Assembly: GCA_030141605.1 (NCBI GenBank)
Contig: JAQGDQ010000330.1
Coordinates: forward strand, 186,001 to 250,000
Reading direction: 5' to 3'
From: Tubiluchus corallicola
Lineage: Eukaryota > Animalia > Priapulida
DNA: 64,000 bases
Under the pieces are notes generated by a model, which did not search any database, was not told where the DNA came from, and worked only from the letters and a program-made list of their open reading frames with translations. The position numbers and the translations under genes were made by a program. Of this stretch, positions 25,843 through 40,909 are shown piece after piece; position 1 is the stretch's first letter, and the number at the start of each line of letters is the position of its first letter.

Positions 25843-26017
25843 ACACACACACGCACGCACGCACACACGCACACGCACACACCACACCACACCACACCAC
25901 ACCACACCACAGCACGCACGCACGCATGCACACACACACTCACACACACACACACACCACAGCACAGCACAGCACAGCACGCACGCACGCACACGTACGC
26001 GCGCACACACACACACA
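25843..26017. repeat. (CA)n-derived compound microsatellite
   Basis: Direct reading. Confidence 0.9.
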
Positions 26018-26139
26018 AATAAAAAAATAAGTGCTAAAAAATTAATTAGTAGGTCAATAAATGATTGAATAAATAAATGACTAAATAAATAAATAAATGT
26101 AAATAAAGAAATAAATTTAGAACGTTCTAATAATATACA

Positions 26140-26258
26140 TTCTTGTTGCCGTGCCAGTCTTAGCTTATCCCTAAGTAAAACCCCGGAGACAATTTTCGGT
26201 TGAATTTCACGTAAAACTATGAGCCCTACAATACCAATACTAACGCAGAATCGCAACC
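26140..26258 (-). CDS. vWA-domain gene, candidate exon 5 (GLRFCVSIGIVGLIVLREIQ...); 3' end uncertain
   Basis: Phase-1 AAG acceptor. The peptide fits the vWA beta5-alpha6 pattern (G..I..IGI....LREI), but the pyrimidine tract is weak. Confidence 0.4.
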
Positions 26259-26313
26259 CTTAATTACACAATTGAAAGCGCTTTGATAAGCAGGTCCTTG
26301 ATAGGTCTATGGG

Positions 26314-26888
26314 CAGGCTGCATAAGATTCTGGATATCCATAAAATAAGGCCAAAAATCCATAAAATAAAATTTGAAAAATCCATAAAATAAGAAATGCA
26401 TAAAATAAAAAAATATTTTTTTTGTGATTTTTTGTACAAAGTAACGAGTTGTAAGCATTGGCAACACTGAAAACGAACGTTAGAAGGAGAGAAAGAGAAA
26501 GAAAAGAAACCAACAAAAGCGCATTTCCGGATTTGCTTTTTTACATTGTTTTTTTTCTCATTGTCTTTTTGTTATCAAGATAGCGAAGTTTCAACCAAAG
26601 CATGAGTTCGGTCTGAAAATAACTGAGAGAGACCCAGCCACCAGAGACGTACTCTCTGTAGACTAATAAAATTAAAACGAAACCAATAAAATTAAAACTA
26701 AGTCCTGCGTGTTTAAAAACACGTTTCAAGCACTCCTGTTTTTACTTTTTAATTGATTTCCCCCTGGGCATCTCGTTCCAGATATAGTCTATTCCTTATT
26801 TTATTGATATCCATAAATAAAATTTCAAAAATCCATAAAATAAGCTATTTTGTTTATTTTATACATATCCATAATCTTATGCACCCTG
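26314..26888. mobile_element. MITE with CAGG termini and subterminal ATCCATAAAATAA repeats
   Basis: TIR CAGGCTGCATAAGATT/AATCTTATGCACCCTG. TSD unclear. Confidence 0.7.
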
Positions 26889-27082
26889 GGGCATTATACT
26901 TCGGGACATTACTAATTTTTGAATAGAATTAGTCAGAGCCTACAATCAATTGTTTTAAAATGTCTCACTAGGGAAGAACAGCTTAGACGGGTGAGTTACA
27001 ATAGTGGGACAAAGTGGTAATCTGCATGTGAGGAAAGACATCCTATTCTTCAAATAGTTAATATTGTTAATAAGTTTCTTAC

Positions 27083-27247
27083 CCATAGATTTCAGCTTGC
27101 GGGCGTAATGGCACGGAACGTCATCTTCGTCATCCATGTCACCATGCAACACGACGACCACGTATTTTTTCGACTCCGACCGTCCATATTCGTGCATGAT
27201 TTCGTAGGCTTTTTTCAGTGGCGGTGCCAAGTATGTGCTGTCACCAT
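27083..27247 (-). CDS. vWA-domain gene exon 4 (DGDSTYLAPPLKKAYE...KKYVVVVLHGD...ARKLKSM)
   Basis: TTCCAG acceptor and GTAAG donor, phase 1/1; vWA alpha4-beta4 pattern. Confidence 0.85.
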
Positions 27248-27534
27248 CTGGAATAAACGTGAATTATTTGCTTAAAATTTATAAATTTGATGATCCACAA
27301 ACGACGCCATTGTTCGGAAAGTTTGCAACATTATACTTTAGTTTTGGGCTTTCCGGACTAGGTGTCTAAGGGATTTGCGACTAACTGCCTACTTGAGGCG
27401 TATGAACAAGAAACACTTTGTCCTATAGTTGTCTATATGAAGCGCTTCATGTATCAGGGGTCGGTTTCACAAAGCCGTCACTAAGGTAACGAAGTCATTG
27501 TTACATTCACTCAACTATTAACTTGTCTCTGTGA

Positions 27535-28520
27535 AGCTGCTTCTTTGATCAAGTATCTGCATGGAGTGCTGTAATGCTGTCTTTGATCAAGTGTCTGCCT
27601 GGAGTGCTACAATGCTGTCTTTGATCAAGTATCTGTGTGGAGTGCTACAATGCTGTCTTTGACTAAGTGTCTGTGTGGAACTCCTTCTTTGATCAAGTAT
27701 CTGGGTGGAGTGCTACAATGCTGTTTTTGATTAAGTGTCTGTGTGGAGTGCTGTAATGCTGTCTTTGATCAAGTGTCCGTGTGGAGTGCTGTAATGCTGT
27801 CTTTGATAAAGTGTATACGTGGAGTGCTGTAATTCTGTCTTTGATAAAGTGTCTACGTGGAGTGCTGTAATGCTGTCTTTGATAAAGTGTCTGTGTGGAG
27901 CTACTTCTTTAATCAAATATCTGGGTGGAATGCTGTAATGCTGTCTTTGATGAAGTGTCTGTGTGGAGCTACTTCTTTAATCAAATATCTGGGTGGAATG
28001 CTGTAATGCTGTCTTTGATGAAGTGTCTGTGTGGAGCTACTTCTTTAATCAAATATCTGGGTGGAATGCTGTAATGCTGTCTTTGATGAAGTGTCTTTGT
28101 GGAGCTACTTCTTTAATCAAATATCTGGGTGGAATGCTGTAATGCTGTCTTTGATGAAGTGTCTGTGTGGAGCTGCTTCTTTAATCAAATATCTGGGTGG
28201 AATGCTGTAATGCTGTCTTTGATGAAGTGTCTGTGTGGAGCTACTTCTTTGATCATGTATCTTTGTGGAATGCTGTAATGCTGTCTTTGATGAAGTGTCT
28301 GTGTGGAGCTACTTCTTTGATCATGTATCTTTGTGGAGTGCTATCTTTGATTAGTGTCCATAATTGTGGAACTGCTTCTTTGATCATGTATCTTTATGGA
28401 GTGCTGTCTTTATGTCAAGTATCTGTGTGGAACCGCTTCTTTGATCAAGTAACTCTGTGTTGTCTTTGATTAAGTGTCTGTGTGGTGCTGCTTCTTTGAT
28501 CAAGTATCTGTCTGGAATAG
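27535..28520. repeat. Diverged intronic minisatellite with CTTTGATCAAGT(A/G)TCTGTGTGGAG core and higher-order alternation of long and short units
   Basis: Direct reading. Confidence 0.92.
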
Positions 28521-28549
28521 CTCCGTCTATGAGACAAAATTTTTCTTAC

Positions 28550-28730
28550 CAGAATATTTTATGGAGCTCAACTCTCGTCTTACTCTTGTTGCCGTGTTGA
28601 AACGAGAGAGGTCGCGCATGTGATTGAATTCCACGTGGACGTCATTTTCCCCGGCAAAAGAGACGACCCCCACGCGAGTTCCATATAAGGAAATCTCGTT
28701 ACCTCGTCTATTGTAATAGGTAAGAGCTTC
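28550..28730 (-). CDS. vWA-domain gene exon 3 (EALTYYN...GTRVGVVSFA...VHVEFN...SIKYS)
   Basis: TTTTCAG acceptor and GTAAG donor, phase 0/1. TRVGVV.F is the vWA beta2 motif. Confidence 0.88.
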
Positions 28731-30946
28731 CTGAAAATAATTTACATATTTGTTACTAGGTGGCAGAATGGAGGTTATCCACCAACTAAGCAAAAGTTGT
28801 AATAGGTAAGATCTTCCTGAAAATAATTTACATATTTGTTACTAGGTGGCAGAATGGAGGTTATCCACCAACTAAGCACAAGTTGTAATAGGTAAGAGCT
28901 TCCTGAAAATAATTTACATATTTGTTACTAGGTGGCAGAATGGAGGTTATCCACCAACTAAGCACAAGTTGTAATAGGTAAGATCTTCCTGAAAATAATT
29001 TACATATTTGTTACTAGGTGGCAGAATGGAGGTTATCCACCAACTAAGCAAAAGTTGTAATAGGTAAGATCTTCCTGAAAATAATTTACATATTTGTTAC
29101 TAGGTGGCAGAATGGAGGTTATCCACCAACTAAGCACAAGTTGTAATAGGTAAGATCTTCCTGAAAATAATTTACATATTTGTTACTAGGTGGCAGAATG
29201 GAGGTTATCCACCAACTAAGCAAAAGTTGTAATAGGTAAGATCTTCCTGAAAATAATTTACATATTTGTTACTAGGTGGCAGAATGGAGGTTATCCACCA
29301 ACTAAGCACAAGTTGTAATAGGTAAGATCTTCCTGAAAATAATTTACATATTTGTTACTAGGTGGCAGAATGGAGGTTATCCACCAACTAAGCAAAAGTT
29401 GTAATAGGTAAGATCTTCCTGAAAATAATTTACATATTTGTTACTAGGTGGCAGAATGGAGGTTATCCACCAACTAAGCAAAAGTTGTAATAGGTAAGAT
29501 CTTCCTGAAAATAATTTACATATTTGTTACTAGGTGGCAGAATGGAGGTTATCCACCAACTAAGCACAAGTTGTAATAGGTAAGATCTTCCTGAAAATAA
29601 TTTACATATTTGTTACTAGGTGGCAGAATGGAGGTTATCCACCAACTAAGCACAAGTTGTAATAGGTAAGATCTTCCTGAAAATAATTTACATATTTGTT
29701 ACTAGGTGGCAGAATGGAGGTTATCCACCAACTAAGCAAAAGTTGTAATAGGTAAGATCTTCCTGAAAATAATTTACATATTTGTTACTAGGTGGCAGAA
29801 TGGAGGTTATCCACCAACTAAGCAAAAGTTGTAATAGGTAAGATCTTCCTGAAAATAATTTACATATTTGTTACTAGGTGGCAGAATGGAGGTTATCCAC
29901 CAACTAAGCACAAGTTGTAATAGGTAAGATCTTCCTGAAAATAATTTACATATTTGTTACTAGGTGGCAGAATGGAGGTTATCCACCAACTAAGCACAAG
30001 TTGTAATAGGTAAGATCTTCCTGAAAATAATTTACATATTTGTTACTAGGTGGCAGAATTGAGGTTATCCACCAACTAAGCACAAGTTGTAATAGGTAAG
30101 ATCTTCCTGAAAATAATTTACATATTTGTTACTAGGTGGCAGAATGGAGGTTATCCACCAACGAAGCACAAGTTGTAATAGGTAAGATCTTCCTGAAAAT
30201 AATTTACATATTTGTTACTAGGTGGCAGAATGGAGGTTATCCACCAACTAAGCACAAGTTGTAATAGGTAAGATCTTCCTGAAAATAATTTACATATTTG
30301 TTACTAGGTGGCAGAATGGAGGTTATCCACCAACTAAGCACAAGTTGTAATAGGTAAGAGCTTCCTGAAAATAATTTACATATTTGTTACTAGGTGGCAG
30401 AATGGAGGTTATCCACCAACTAAGCAAAAGTTGTAATAGGTAAGAGCTTCCTGAAAATAATTTACATATTTGTTACTAGGTGGCAGAATGGAGGTTATCC
30501 ACCAACGAAGCACAAGTTGTAATAGGTAAGATCTTCCTGAAAATAATTTACATATTTGTTACTAGGTGGCAGAATGGAGGTTATCCACCAACTAAGCAAA
30601 AGTTGTAATAGGTAAGATCTTCCTGAAAATAATTTACATATTTGTTACTAGGTGGCAGAATTGAGGTTATCCACCAACGAAGCACAAGTTGTAATAGGTA
30701 AGATCTTCCTGAAAATAATTTACATATTTGTTACTAGGTGGCAGAATGGAGGTTATCCACCAACTAAGCACAAGTTGTAATAGGTAAGATCTTCCTGAAA
30801 ATAATTTACATATTTGTTACTAGGTGGCAGAATTGAGGTTATCCACCAACTAAGCACAAGTTGTAATAGGTAAGATCTTCCTGAAAATAATTTACATATT
30901 TGTTACTAGGTGGCAGAATTGAGGTTATCCACCAACTAAGCACAAG
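28711..30946. repeat. 86-bp minisatellite, 26 near-identical copies, spanning the intron/exon-3 junction of the vWA gene
   Basis: The 2236-bp span equals 26 x 86. On the minus strand each unit is 66 nt of intron end (ending TTTTCAG) plus 20 nt of exon. Confidence 0.97.
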
Positions 30947-31004
30947 TCACCTAGACATTATTTAAAGCTGACTGACTGAGACGCGGCAAAATAATGAAAT
31001 GATA

Positions 31005-31325
31005 ACAAACAAGCAAACAACCTCCCAGCCAACCAACCAATTAACAGATAAAACCGCCCAGCCAGTTAGCCAGCTAACTAACTCACCAAACAACCACCTA
31101 CTGACTGACCGACTAAACGACAGACGGAGCAACTGACCTACCAACCGACTGCCCAACCAAACAATGGAATAACTAACCAATAAGTCAACTAAGCAACCCA
31201 CAAACCATCCAACCAACCAAGCAATTAACCAATTAAATAGCAAACAACCAACCCACTAACCAACGAACCAACCACTAACCAAGCAACCAGCAAACCAACC
31301 AATTAGTCAACCAATCAATCAATCA
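31005..31325. repeat. Degenerate (AACC)n-like microsatellite
   Basis: Direct reading. Confidence 0.8.
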
Positions 31326-31403
31326 CGTCAAGCCAAGCACCGACGCAAACAATCAATACCACACACCCAAAATTTCACAAAATTTACAGTTACTGCAGTG
31401 TAC

Positions 31404-31543
31404 CTGCAAAATTGTTTTCACTGAATCAAAATGGCGGGGACCTAAACTGCCACTGCTGTCCAAAAGAACAATGCAGTCAATTGGCTCTAGTTCACCGTGC
31501 GGCGCTGGCGTCGTTGTCGTTGTAGACGTGCGCAAAAACATAT
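31404..31543 (-). CDS. vWA-domain gene exon 2 (Thr-rich linker; PIDCIVLLDSSGSLGPRHFDSVKTILQ)
   Basis: MIDAS DxSxS motif. TTTGCAG acceptor and CAG|GTA donor, phase 1/0. Confidence 0.88.
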
Positions 31544-31716
31544 CTGCAAAGATAAAGAATTTATAGCATAAAAATACTTTCATATCATAAGATAATGTTT
31601 GTAATGCCATCAATCTTATAAAGTTTTGGCACGAAACAGTAATTTAAGATTTACATATTTTAAATTTATTTGGGTAACGTTTACAATTCCTCACACACAA
31701 GAAATTAGTTCTTTGA

Positions 31717-32333
31717 CCCTTATAAGGTCACGGTCATTTTACCCTTTTACCATACGCATGCCAGTAAACCTTTTCTATGACTTTTTCTAAATATGTTTTG
31801 TGCACAAAATACTTTCAGTTATCTATTTTAGGCGCATTGTCTCACCACGAAATAAAAGTGAAAATGCAATATGTTGATTTTTTAAAATTGTCGAAACTTT
31901 ACTTCGCTTGTCGATACATTACCAATACATTATACTTGTCAATACATTATACTGGCGACGTATCTGATAAAACAAAATGTCAGTTACTCAAATTACTCCA
32001 CCTAAAAGAAGAAAGTAGTAGACAATAAATTCAAAATAACAATGATTTTTGCACACGAGCTAGCAGTGTCGGGTGTCTACAGTTATTCCAGCATAGATAA
32101 GGGAACGTAACTAAGTGAATTTAAATTTCGTATTACTAGTAAGTCACATGTCTTTAAGCAGAGGTATAATGTATCCTATGGTGGTCAGCACAACCACAAA
32201 TTATGCTGTTGCAGTTTACTAATGAAACACGGCGTTAAATCGAAAGTAATTTACTAATTATGGTGGGGGTAATTTTTACCCCCCCCCCCCACCGTTACCA
32301 AAATCGGTTGTAAAAATCGTGACCCTATAAGGG
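31717..32333. mobile_element. piggyBac-like MITE (CCC...GGG termini)
   Basis: TIR CCCTTATAAGGTCACG/CGTGACCCTATAAGGG; flanks TTGA/TTAC are degenerate TTAA. Confidence 0.7.
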
Positions 32334-32561
32334 TTACTCGGTTTAAGAGTTAGGGTTAGGTTGAGATTAGTGTAAGGTTGGGGTTAGGGATTGCGCTAGG
32401 CTTAGGGTTAAGGCATTTAAATTGTGTATGTGGAACTGAAAACTTCTCTCTTTTGTATTTGCAAACAATAGTGAGATATAATAAAAACATATAAATACAA
32501 TATTTACAAGAGTGTGGTAAACAGATTAACTGCTTACATGTGTCTGTTATGTACAAGAAAT

Positions 32562-33740
<1,179 letters not shown>

Positions 33741-34644
33741 CACGAAAAGCTTCAGAGAATGTCAATGACGCTACGGCAATTGACCAATTGAGAAACAGTT
33801 TACCCAGATGAAGTCCAAATGACATTCTTTCACAGTAAAATCTAAAGTTTGTTAGTAAACACAACAGAGGTTTGGGGAATTCCCGTGTCCTATAAAAAAA
33901 ACCGGTAACTGTAGACAAGTTTTGCGAATTTGGGAAATTCCCAGAAATTTGGCAGATAAATAATTACAAATGTTCGGTTTAACGTCGCTAGTAATTTAAA
34001 CAAAAGCGGATCAAGCGGATCAAGCGGATCACACGCGTGACTGATAATTCTCTTTACAGACTTACAAACGATGCTAAGTTTTGTTCTAGAATTAAATCGT
34101 GTGATCGCAAAATATAGAAAATTTATCTATTTTTCACCAGCATAGCTGTAAGTCAAAAGGTTCAAAAGGGTTTTTTCTTTGCTAGTTCTACTGCTGGTAC
34201 GGCCCGAATATCATAACTGGAGACCCTAAATCAAAGTGTGAAAAGGCGTCAGAGGCAAACGTGACAAACATTGTAAATTGACCATATTTTGACTCAGTTC
34301 ACCAGGCAAACAACCATAAATAATTTACAGTCAACAATTTTCTTTATAGCTCAATAATTGTATACGGATGATATATTTACTTAACAAACCGTGCATACAT
34401 ATTTCCAGGTCAATACATGACAAACGCTCCATAATAACTTTGTGAAAATGATGCTAGGACCAATTCTTGCCTAGGCGTTTAGTGTTACTTAAATTTTAGT
34501 CTGTCTTTCGTAAAACTTTTTAATTCTTTTGTCTATGTTATTTTCTTCACTTTTAACTTCCTATATAGATAGAGGTAAGTGGGATTCTTACTGCATGCGC
34601 AAAATAATAATAACAACTGTCTGCCATTACAGAGAAAAATATGT

Positions 34645-34995
34645 TAGGTAAGTAAGTAGGTAGGTAGGTAGGTAGGTAGGTAGGTAGGTAGGTAGGTAGG
34701 TAGGTAGGTAAGTAGATAGGTGTGTAGATAGGTGTGTAGGTAGGTAGGTATGTACGTAGGCACGTGGGTAGGTAGCTAGGTAAGTTGTGTTGTTGTAATT
34801 ATTGTTTGTAGGCTGATAAGTATGTAAGTAAGTAGGAAGGTAGGTAGTATGTAGGTTAGTAGGTAGGTAGGTAGATAGATAGATAGATAGATAGGTAGGT
34901 AGGTAGGTAGGTAGGTAGGTGTGTAGGTATGTAGGTAGGTAAGTAGGCTCGTGGGTAGGTAGCTAGGTAGGCTGATAGGTATGTAAGTGAGTAAA
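34645..34995. repeat. (TAGG)n/(TAGA)n microsatellite
   Basis: Direct reading. Confidence 0.93.
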
Positions 34996-35391
34996 TGTCT
35001 TTTATTGTAATAAAATGTTTCCATTTTCCATGGCAGTTTTACGATGGTATTAATTGAAAACAAGCTGATTTACATCTTCCAATAAACTTACAATACATCA
35101 ATAAAAACTTTAGTTAAAAAAATCTTTGGGTACTAAAAGGTGTATAAAAAAGTGTTTTTTGTGTGTTAAATAAATTTGAAATGGATTAAAAACAATTCAA
35201 GAACAGAATATTAATGATGATCTACATTAGAAGTACGTTTATTTATAAAAGTATTAGCTGCTCTTTTTAGCTTCAATTTTAGTCTAGTAAACAAGCAATT
35301 CCTGCGTATAGGACGCTCCGTTTTCTTATTTGGTGGCAGGAGATTGAGAAGTGAATGTGTCGGTTTTGCGTTACTGAACAATTTTTGTTAA

Positions 35392-35997
35392 AGCAAAACC
35401 GGTCCCAATATTAAACTTTAGGTCAATCTCCTCTTTAAAATATTGAAAGAAAACATTCTATGTTTGCAAAAATGATTTACGCGAAAGAATTATTACCACA
35501 TAAACTCAATTTCTGATCCGCGCAACTAGTTCTTCGCTGCATTTTGCCTTTCGTTAGTTAGACAGGCACTAACGCCTGCATTCCGGAAGCACATTACACA
35601 AAAACAGGTGCTGTACCTCTCAATTCAGATGTGTTACTTTCTGACGAAATACACACGTTCGACAGCTCATGCGTGAGCACAGACGTAAACTTGAAATTTG
35701 AATTTTTATCTTAAAACTTGCCTAGTTTTAGTACAACACACTGAATATCTTACAGTGGCACTGTACGTCAATTTTCGCTTTCACAAACACGCGCAACACA
35801 CTCGCGGAATACTTTTGCTGCTGAAAATTATGTTAGTTTGTGATGTCATCAATAGTTGGACTTGCCAGCCGTTAATTAAGTTTTTAATCTATAATTTAAT
35901 TATCAGAAACGCGTTTACATTATTAATTGTGTTAAAATGTATACTTTTAATCGAACTTGAAAATGGGATAGTATATGAAAAATCATCCTGTTTTCCT
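35392..35997 (+). mobile_element. MITE family A, complete ~606-bp copy (Kolobok-like, TTAA TSD)
   Basis: TTAA|AGCAAAACCGG ... CCTGTTTTCCT|TTAA. Confidence 0.88.
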
Positions 35998-36625
35998 TTA
36001 ATGCTTTTGATTCAATTTCTGACCTTTTCACTTTCGGCTTTCCGCCATATTGCAGACATTTTGGATTAACTTAAAATAATCAGCCGTCAAACAGTTGCAT
36101 AATTCAGAGGCATATGGTAGAGAGAGTATGGTTAGTTCTTCTGCACTGTAGTCCATTTTCTTCTGTCTAACAAGTTTCATGCGTGATGACTGCCGTTTTG
36201 CTCTTAAATTTATTGTGAACCGATTTCATCTTTTAATGTAACGTAATTTGCACAAATTAAGATGAAAACCCGACGTCTTTTCCAGTATAGGATTACTAAT
36301 GTTTTTAATAAAATTTAATTTAATTGATTATACACGAACTAATTAACAAAAATACAAATCAACAGTGTGGTTTCAATCTAAATAAAAACACCAGAGAAGC
36401 GATAATACTTGGTTGTATGTATTACTTACTAATTAACACGTTTATTGACTGTCGAAGCCATTATTAAATTATAAATCAAGCCAAAAAGTGGAATAAATAA
36501 TACATTAATGATATTTATATTTCTTCTTGGCTTCATTTATAGTTTGATAATGGCTTCAATAGACAAAATGATCGTTGCTCAATAAACATGTTGATTCCTA
36601 GCAGTTGACACTTTCTTGTACTTAC

Positions 36626-36833
36626 TGATTAGTTCAGGCAGGTTTGTTTCAATTGTGTCGCCTCTTACTCCCGCATAATCATCGTTCATCTCTTCTCTGA
36701 GTCTGGCAGATTCTGTTTCTTCGCTTTCTCTAGAGTAGCTACTCCTCGACCTGGGTGAAGCCAAACACGGAGGAGGTAGTCCAGTCAGCAGAGTGGAAGC
36801 CATCAGTACGTGCAGAACTTTGAATGGTGTCAT
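36626..36833 (-). CDS. vWA-domain gene exon 1: signal peptide MTPFKVLHVLMASTLLTGLPPPCLA plus a charged N-terminal segment
   Basis: Canonical A|GTAAGT donor in phase 1, compatible with the exon at 31543. An upstream in-frame ATG at 36902 is an alternative start. Confidence 0.7.
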
Positions 36834-37205
36834 TTTGATAGCGTTGAGTTCAGGGAATCTTTCTGGATGTTTCTGAAGGATACTCAACGTTCCCAAGGAC
36901 ATTCACTATCACAAAGGCTACGCCAAATAAAGGAGTTCCAACTGCTCCAGTCTAATGAGAGTCGAAGTTTTCAAACTTACTTTTCAAGATAAACTGGTTC
37001 AAGCCCAACTGGAATCACGGCAAAACACTAAAGAAAGGGTAAATAAAGTCAAACCAAAAACGTTAAGCGTCTGTTGTGCAAAATTAGTACAACTATTTTA
37101 TATTAAATACTAATATGATTCACTTGTGATTAATTCTTAATGAAAACAATAATGGACTTGTTAATGTTGCTACTTTTCTGCTATCGCAGTTTCTGTGTCA
37201 ATAAA

Positions 37206-37388
<183 letters not shown>

Positions 37389-37754
37389 AGATTTTTACTT
37401 CGTTGATGTTTCTGTTTTTGAATAAAGAAATTATTTTAGAGACACTCTATATGTTTTTTATTACAGCTGGGCACGTTGCAAGCAGTTCAGTGGCACTTAT
37501 ATAGTTTTACTTAATGCACGTGATTGTGAAAGCACCGGTACCTGTCTGATTATCAAGCATATTTCTCTAAAATGTAACAACGAAGAGGCAAAAATATCTG
37601 TGGGACGTTTGGATGTGGGTATGTCCTACTATAGAGACCATCTAGATGCACACAAGGCTTAGTGTTGTTCAACTTTTGTTTATCAGTATTTACCGCTTAG
37701 AAAATAGACAGCAAGTAATTTTAACATTAGGCGTAGTACGAGGTTATTTATTAA

Positions 37755-38253
37755 GTGAGAGGCCAAGTCTTCTAAAGTTTTCCTTTCAAAGTTTGCGTTT
37801 CGTAATAAAAGTCCTTTAAGCGTTTGGTGTAATCACACTAAAGTCGCGAGCATTTTACGCTTGAGCTGTTCCATTTTGAATGCACATTCCTCCACCAATG
37901 ACGTCATTCATCGACTGAAGAAAAACCTCACACTCTAAATTTCTGCCTAAACAATAACATGTTTAAAAAATACATAGCTAATTTTGTGATATTTTTGCAT
38001 GAACATTACGTAAGCTGCAGAAGTTTGAATTAGTTTAAGCAGCGCGCCCGTACGGAAAGCCACGACGCGCTTACGAAAAGTCCACCAAATACGTCATAAT
38101 GTTGAAGTGAATGGCGGCTACCACCGTGCTTGGAGATTTCTATTCTATTAACTTTATGCTTTATGAACATTTTTTGCTAATTTCTTTATTGTATTTTTCT
38201 AATTTTTAAGTGATAACAGTAGGATAAACCCAACATGCTAAGTGACTTGTCTT
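37755..38253 (+). mobile_element. MITE family C copy
   Basis: TTAA-flanked; colinear with 14497-15057. Confidence 0.75.
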
Positions 38254-39055
38254 TTAATTTAGAACTTATACGCAAAATTTAACAGCAAGATGAAAATGAG
38301 AGGAACGTAGGCTGCACATTTTCATTTTTTCCAAACCTGATTTAAAGTAATGAAATCCCATTAAATGATACAGCCGATCCATATCGAACTTCAGCCTTTC
38401 TCTTCACACTAAAAAATTTACCATTTTTCAGATCGGATAAATATTCTCCCGCGAAATTGAACAAAATCCCATTTTACTTCGTCATGCTGTCTATAAATTT
38501 AATGAATTAACCCGGCCAACAGCCTTTTTTAGAAAATTATCCTTTATGAATAAGAAACGTTCCTGTACTGCCACAACCAGCCATACTTAAGTGCCACGTA
38601 ATGTTTGATCCTAGCTTCCAGTATGCCAAAATGTATGTAAAAACGATTCACTGAGATGCATCACTCACTCGCCTTGTTTCGCACAATGTTCGCTGACCAA
38701 TGATCTTTGCTGATGCACAATTGTAACTGACGATCTCTGTAACCTGGAAAGATTTGACATCAACTCATTTTCCTCACCTTGAAACCTTGGAATTATCGGT
38801 TAATCGGAAAGCAATTTTCACCGACGCGCAAGAGCAACAAACCGGTGCTACTTGACAAGGTGTGACCCCATCCCGCCTGGCATCATCAGCGAATAATTTG
38901 CGGCATTTTGAAAACATTTTTAATTTCGTTTGCCGTTTGCCGCCTCTTGCACGAAAACTTAATTTGCTGTCATTATTAATTTTGTTGCAGTGAACTTTTG
39001 ATGCCAGCCTCAACTTTTGTTTTGGGCTACCAGTGCCATGAAGTTACTGATCTTA

Positions 39056-39108
39056 CGTTGTTGTTGGTTATTGCTGTTGCTGTTGTCTTTGTGGTTATTG
39101 CTGTTGTC

Positions 39109-39141
<33 letters not shown>

Positions 39142-39290
39142 TTCGTTGTGCTTCTTGTCGTCGGCGTCATCGTCGTTGATGTTATTGTTGATGTTGTTGT
39201 TGTTGTTGTTGAGGTGGTGGTGGTGGTGGTGGTTGTCATCATCATCGTTCTTGTTGGTTGTTGTTGTTGTTTTCGTTGTCATTGTAAATG
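39056..39290. repeat. Degenerate (GTT/GTC)n microsatellite
   Basis: Direct reading. Confidence 0.88.
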
Positions 39291-39599
39291 TGGTTGGCAC
39301 TACTAGTTCAGGTTTAAATAATTTGAGAAGGTTTTGGACACCACAGAACGTTAAATCCAGATCATTTTCAAGCCTTTTAGGTATCATGCACTAATAACTG
39401 CTTGAACATTGCAAAACTAAAATAATGTCTAAATTTTAAAAAATAGCTATCATAGCCTGTTGCCTAAATACAGAAGCATAATATTTTTGCAACACGTATA
39501 AGCAGTGTACTGTCTTACGTCACTTGTGAGACTAGAGGGACATTTTCTTACTTTTCCTTATTTTTTATTTAAATAAGCCTATTTCTGTAATTTTTATGT

Positions 39600-40652
39600 T
39601 TATAATAGCCTGACTTTTACATGTTTTGTAGATACAATAAAGGTTTTGATAGGGATAATGATCGAAGTTTATTCAAAAAATGACAGATACAGGTTTCCTT
39701 ACCCGATCATTGGTTTACTGAAATTTTGGTACTCATCTCAACGCATCAGCAAAACTGTCTCCGATTCACCTAAAATTAGTAATGGTGTTCGTCAGGGTGG
39801 TGTACTATCTCCGTTGCTTTTCTCCTTATATGTAAATGATTTATTAAAATATCTGTTCGTAAAAACTAATGCGGCTTATCGTCGTGGTAATATTATCTTT
39901 AACCATTTGCTATATGCTGACGACCTTTCCGTACCTGCTATGCAGAATTTTTTGACTTTTTGCTCATGATATTGACATTTTTAACGCTTAAAAAATGGAA
40001 TGTCTGTGCATTTTGTCGAATATTTTACGTGATGCAACTCCTGGTGATGTCATGCTCTGTGTCAGAAAAATCAGACTTAGTAACAACGTGAAGTATGTAG
40101 GTAACATATTGTCAGATAATAAAAAAAATGACGACGATATTCTTAATCAACTTCGTTTATTTTGCGTCAGAGCAAATACAATTGTAAGGCATTTTTCTTA
40201 TTGTACTAAGGATGTAAAACAAAGGCTATTTAAATCATATTGTTCGTCATTTTATTGTTCCTATCTTTGGACCTATAAATATTAAATATTACTTAATAAA
40301 CTAAAGTCTGCTTACTACACAGCTATGATAAAATTATTCAAATATAGATATGGTGCTCGAGCTTCTACAATCTATAATCATTTTTAACTTATTTTACGTA
40401 AATCTACATATAATCTTAGATGCCGTTTTTTAAACGCCTGAATTGTTTTATTAAAACATGTAATTTACAATGGTAATCTTTTTGCCCATTGGAATGTAAT
40501 TTGTTTGACATTCTGGTATATATCTTAACTAAATCTCTTATTATTCTTATTTTTTCTGCAAATTGTTAGTTTACGTTTTTAATTAGTTTTTTAGTAGTTA
40601 TTGGATTTTATGTCTACGAGCTGAAGCAAAAAATAAAATAAATAAATAAATA
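39600..40652 (+). mobile_element. Degraded, 5'-truncated non-LTR retrotransposon (RT domain and C-terminus) with (TAAA)n tail
   Basis: NGVRQGGVLSPLLFSLYVNDLL and NHLLYADDL RT motifs, with frameshifts and stops. Confidence 0.92.
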
Positions 40653-40909
40653 TAACTAATTTTTATTATTATTTTCAGTTAGTTATTTGTTCATTGCAAG
40701 TTATTTGATATTAGAAGAAAACGTGGCCTCTTTTCTAATTTCTGTGCAAGATTGATTGTTCTAAAAGACAATGCCCAACGAACTTCAAAGAAAACAGATA
40801 AAAGAATGAAACAATACTGCAGACATATGATTTCGTATAAATGATCACTAATGTTCTTTTACGCAAAATATGTCTAATAGTTATTGTTTCGCTACTATGC
40901 CAGGAAATT

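Noticed and set aside
32341-32412. TTAGGG-like tract as a telomere remnant
   Set aside because: Short, degenerate and adjacent to a MITE; such tracts are common inside transposon-derived repeats.
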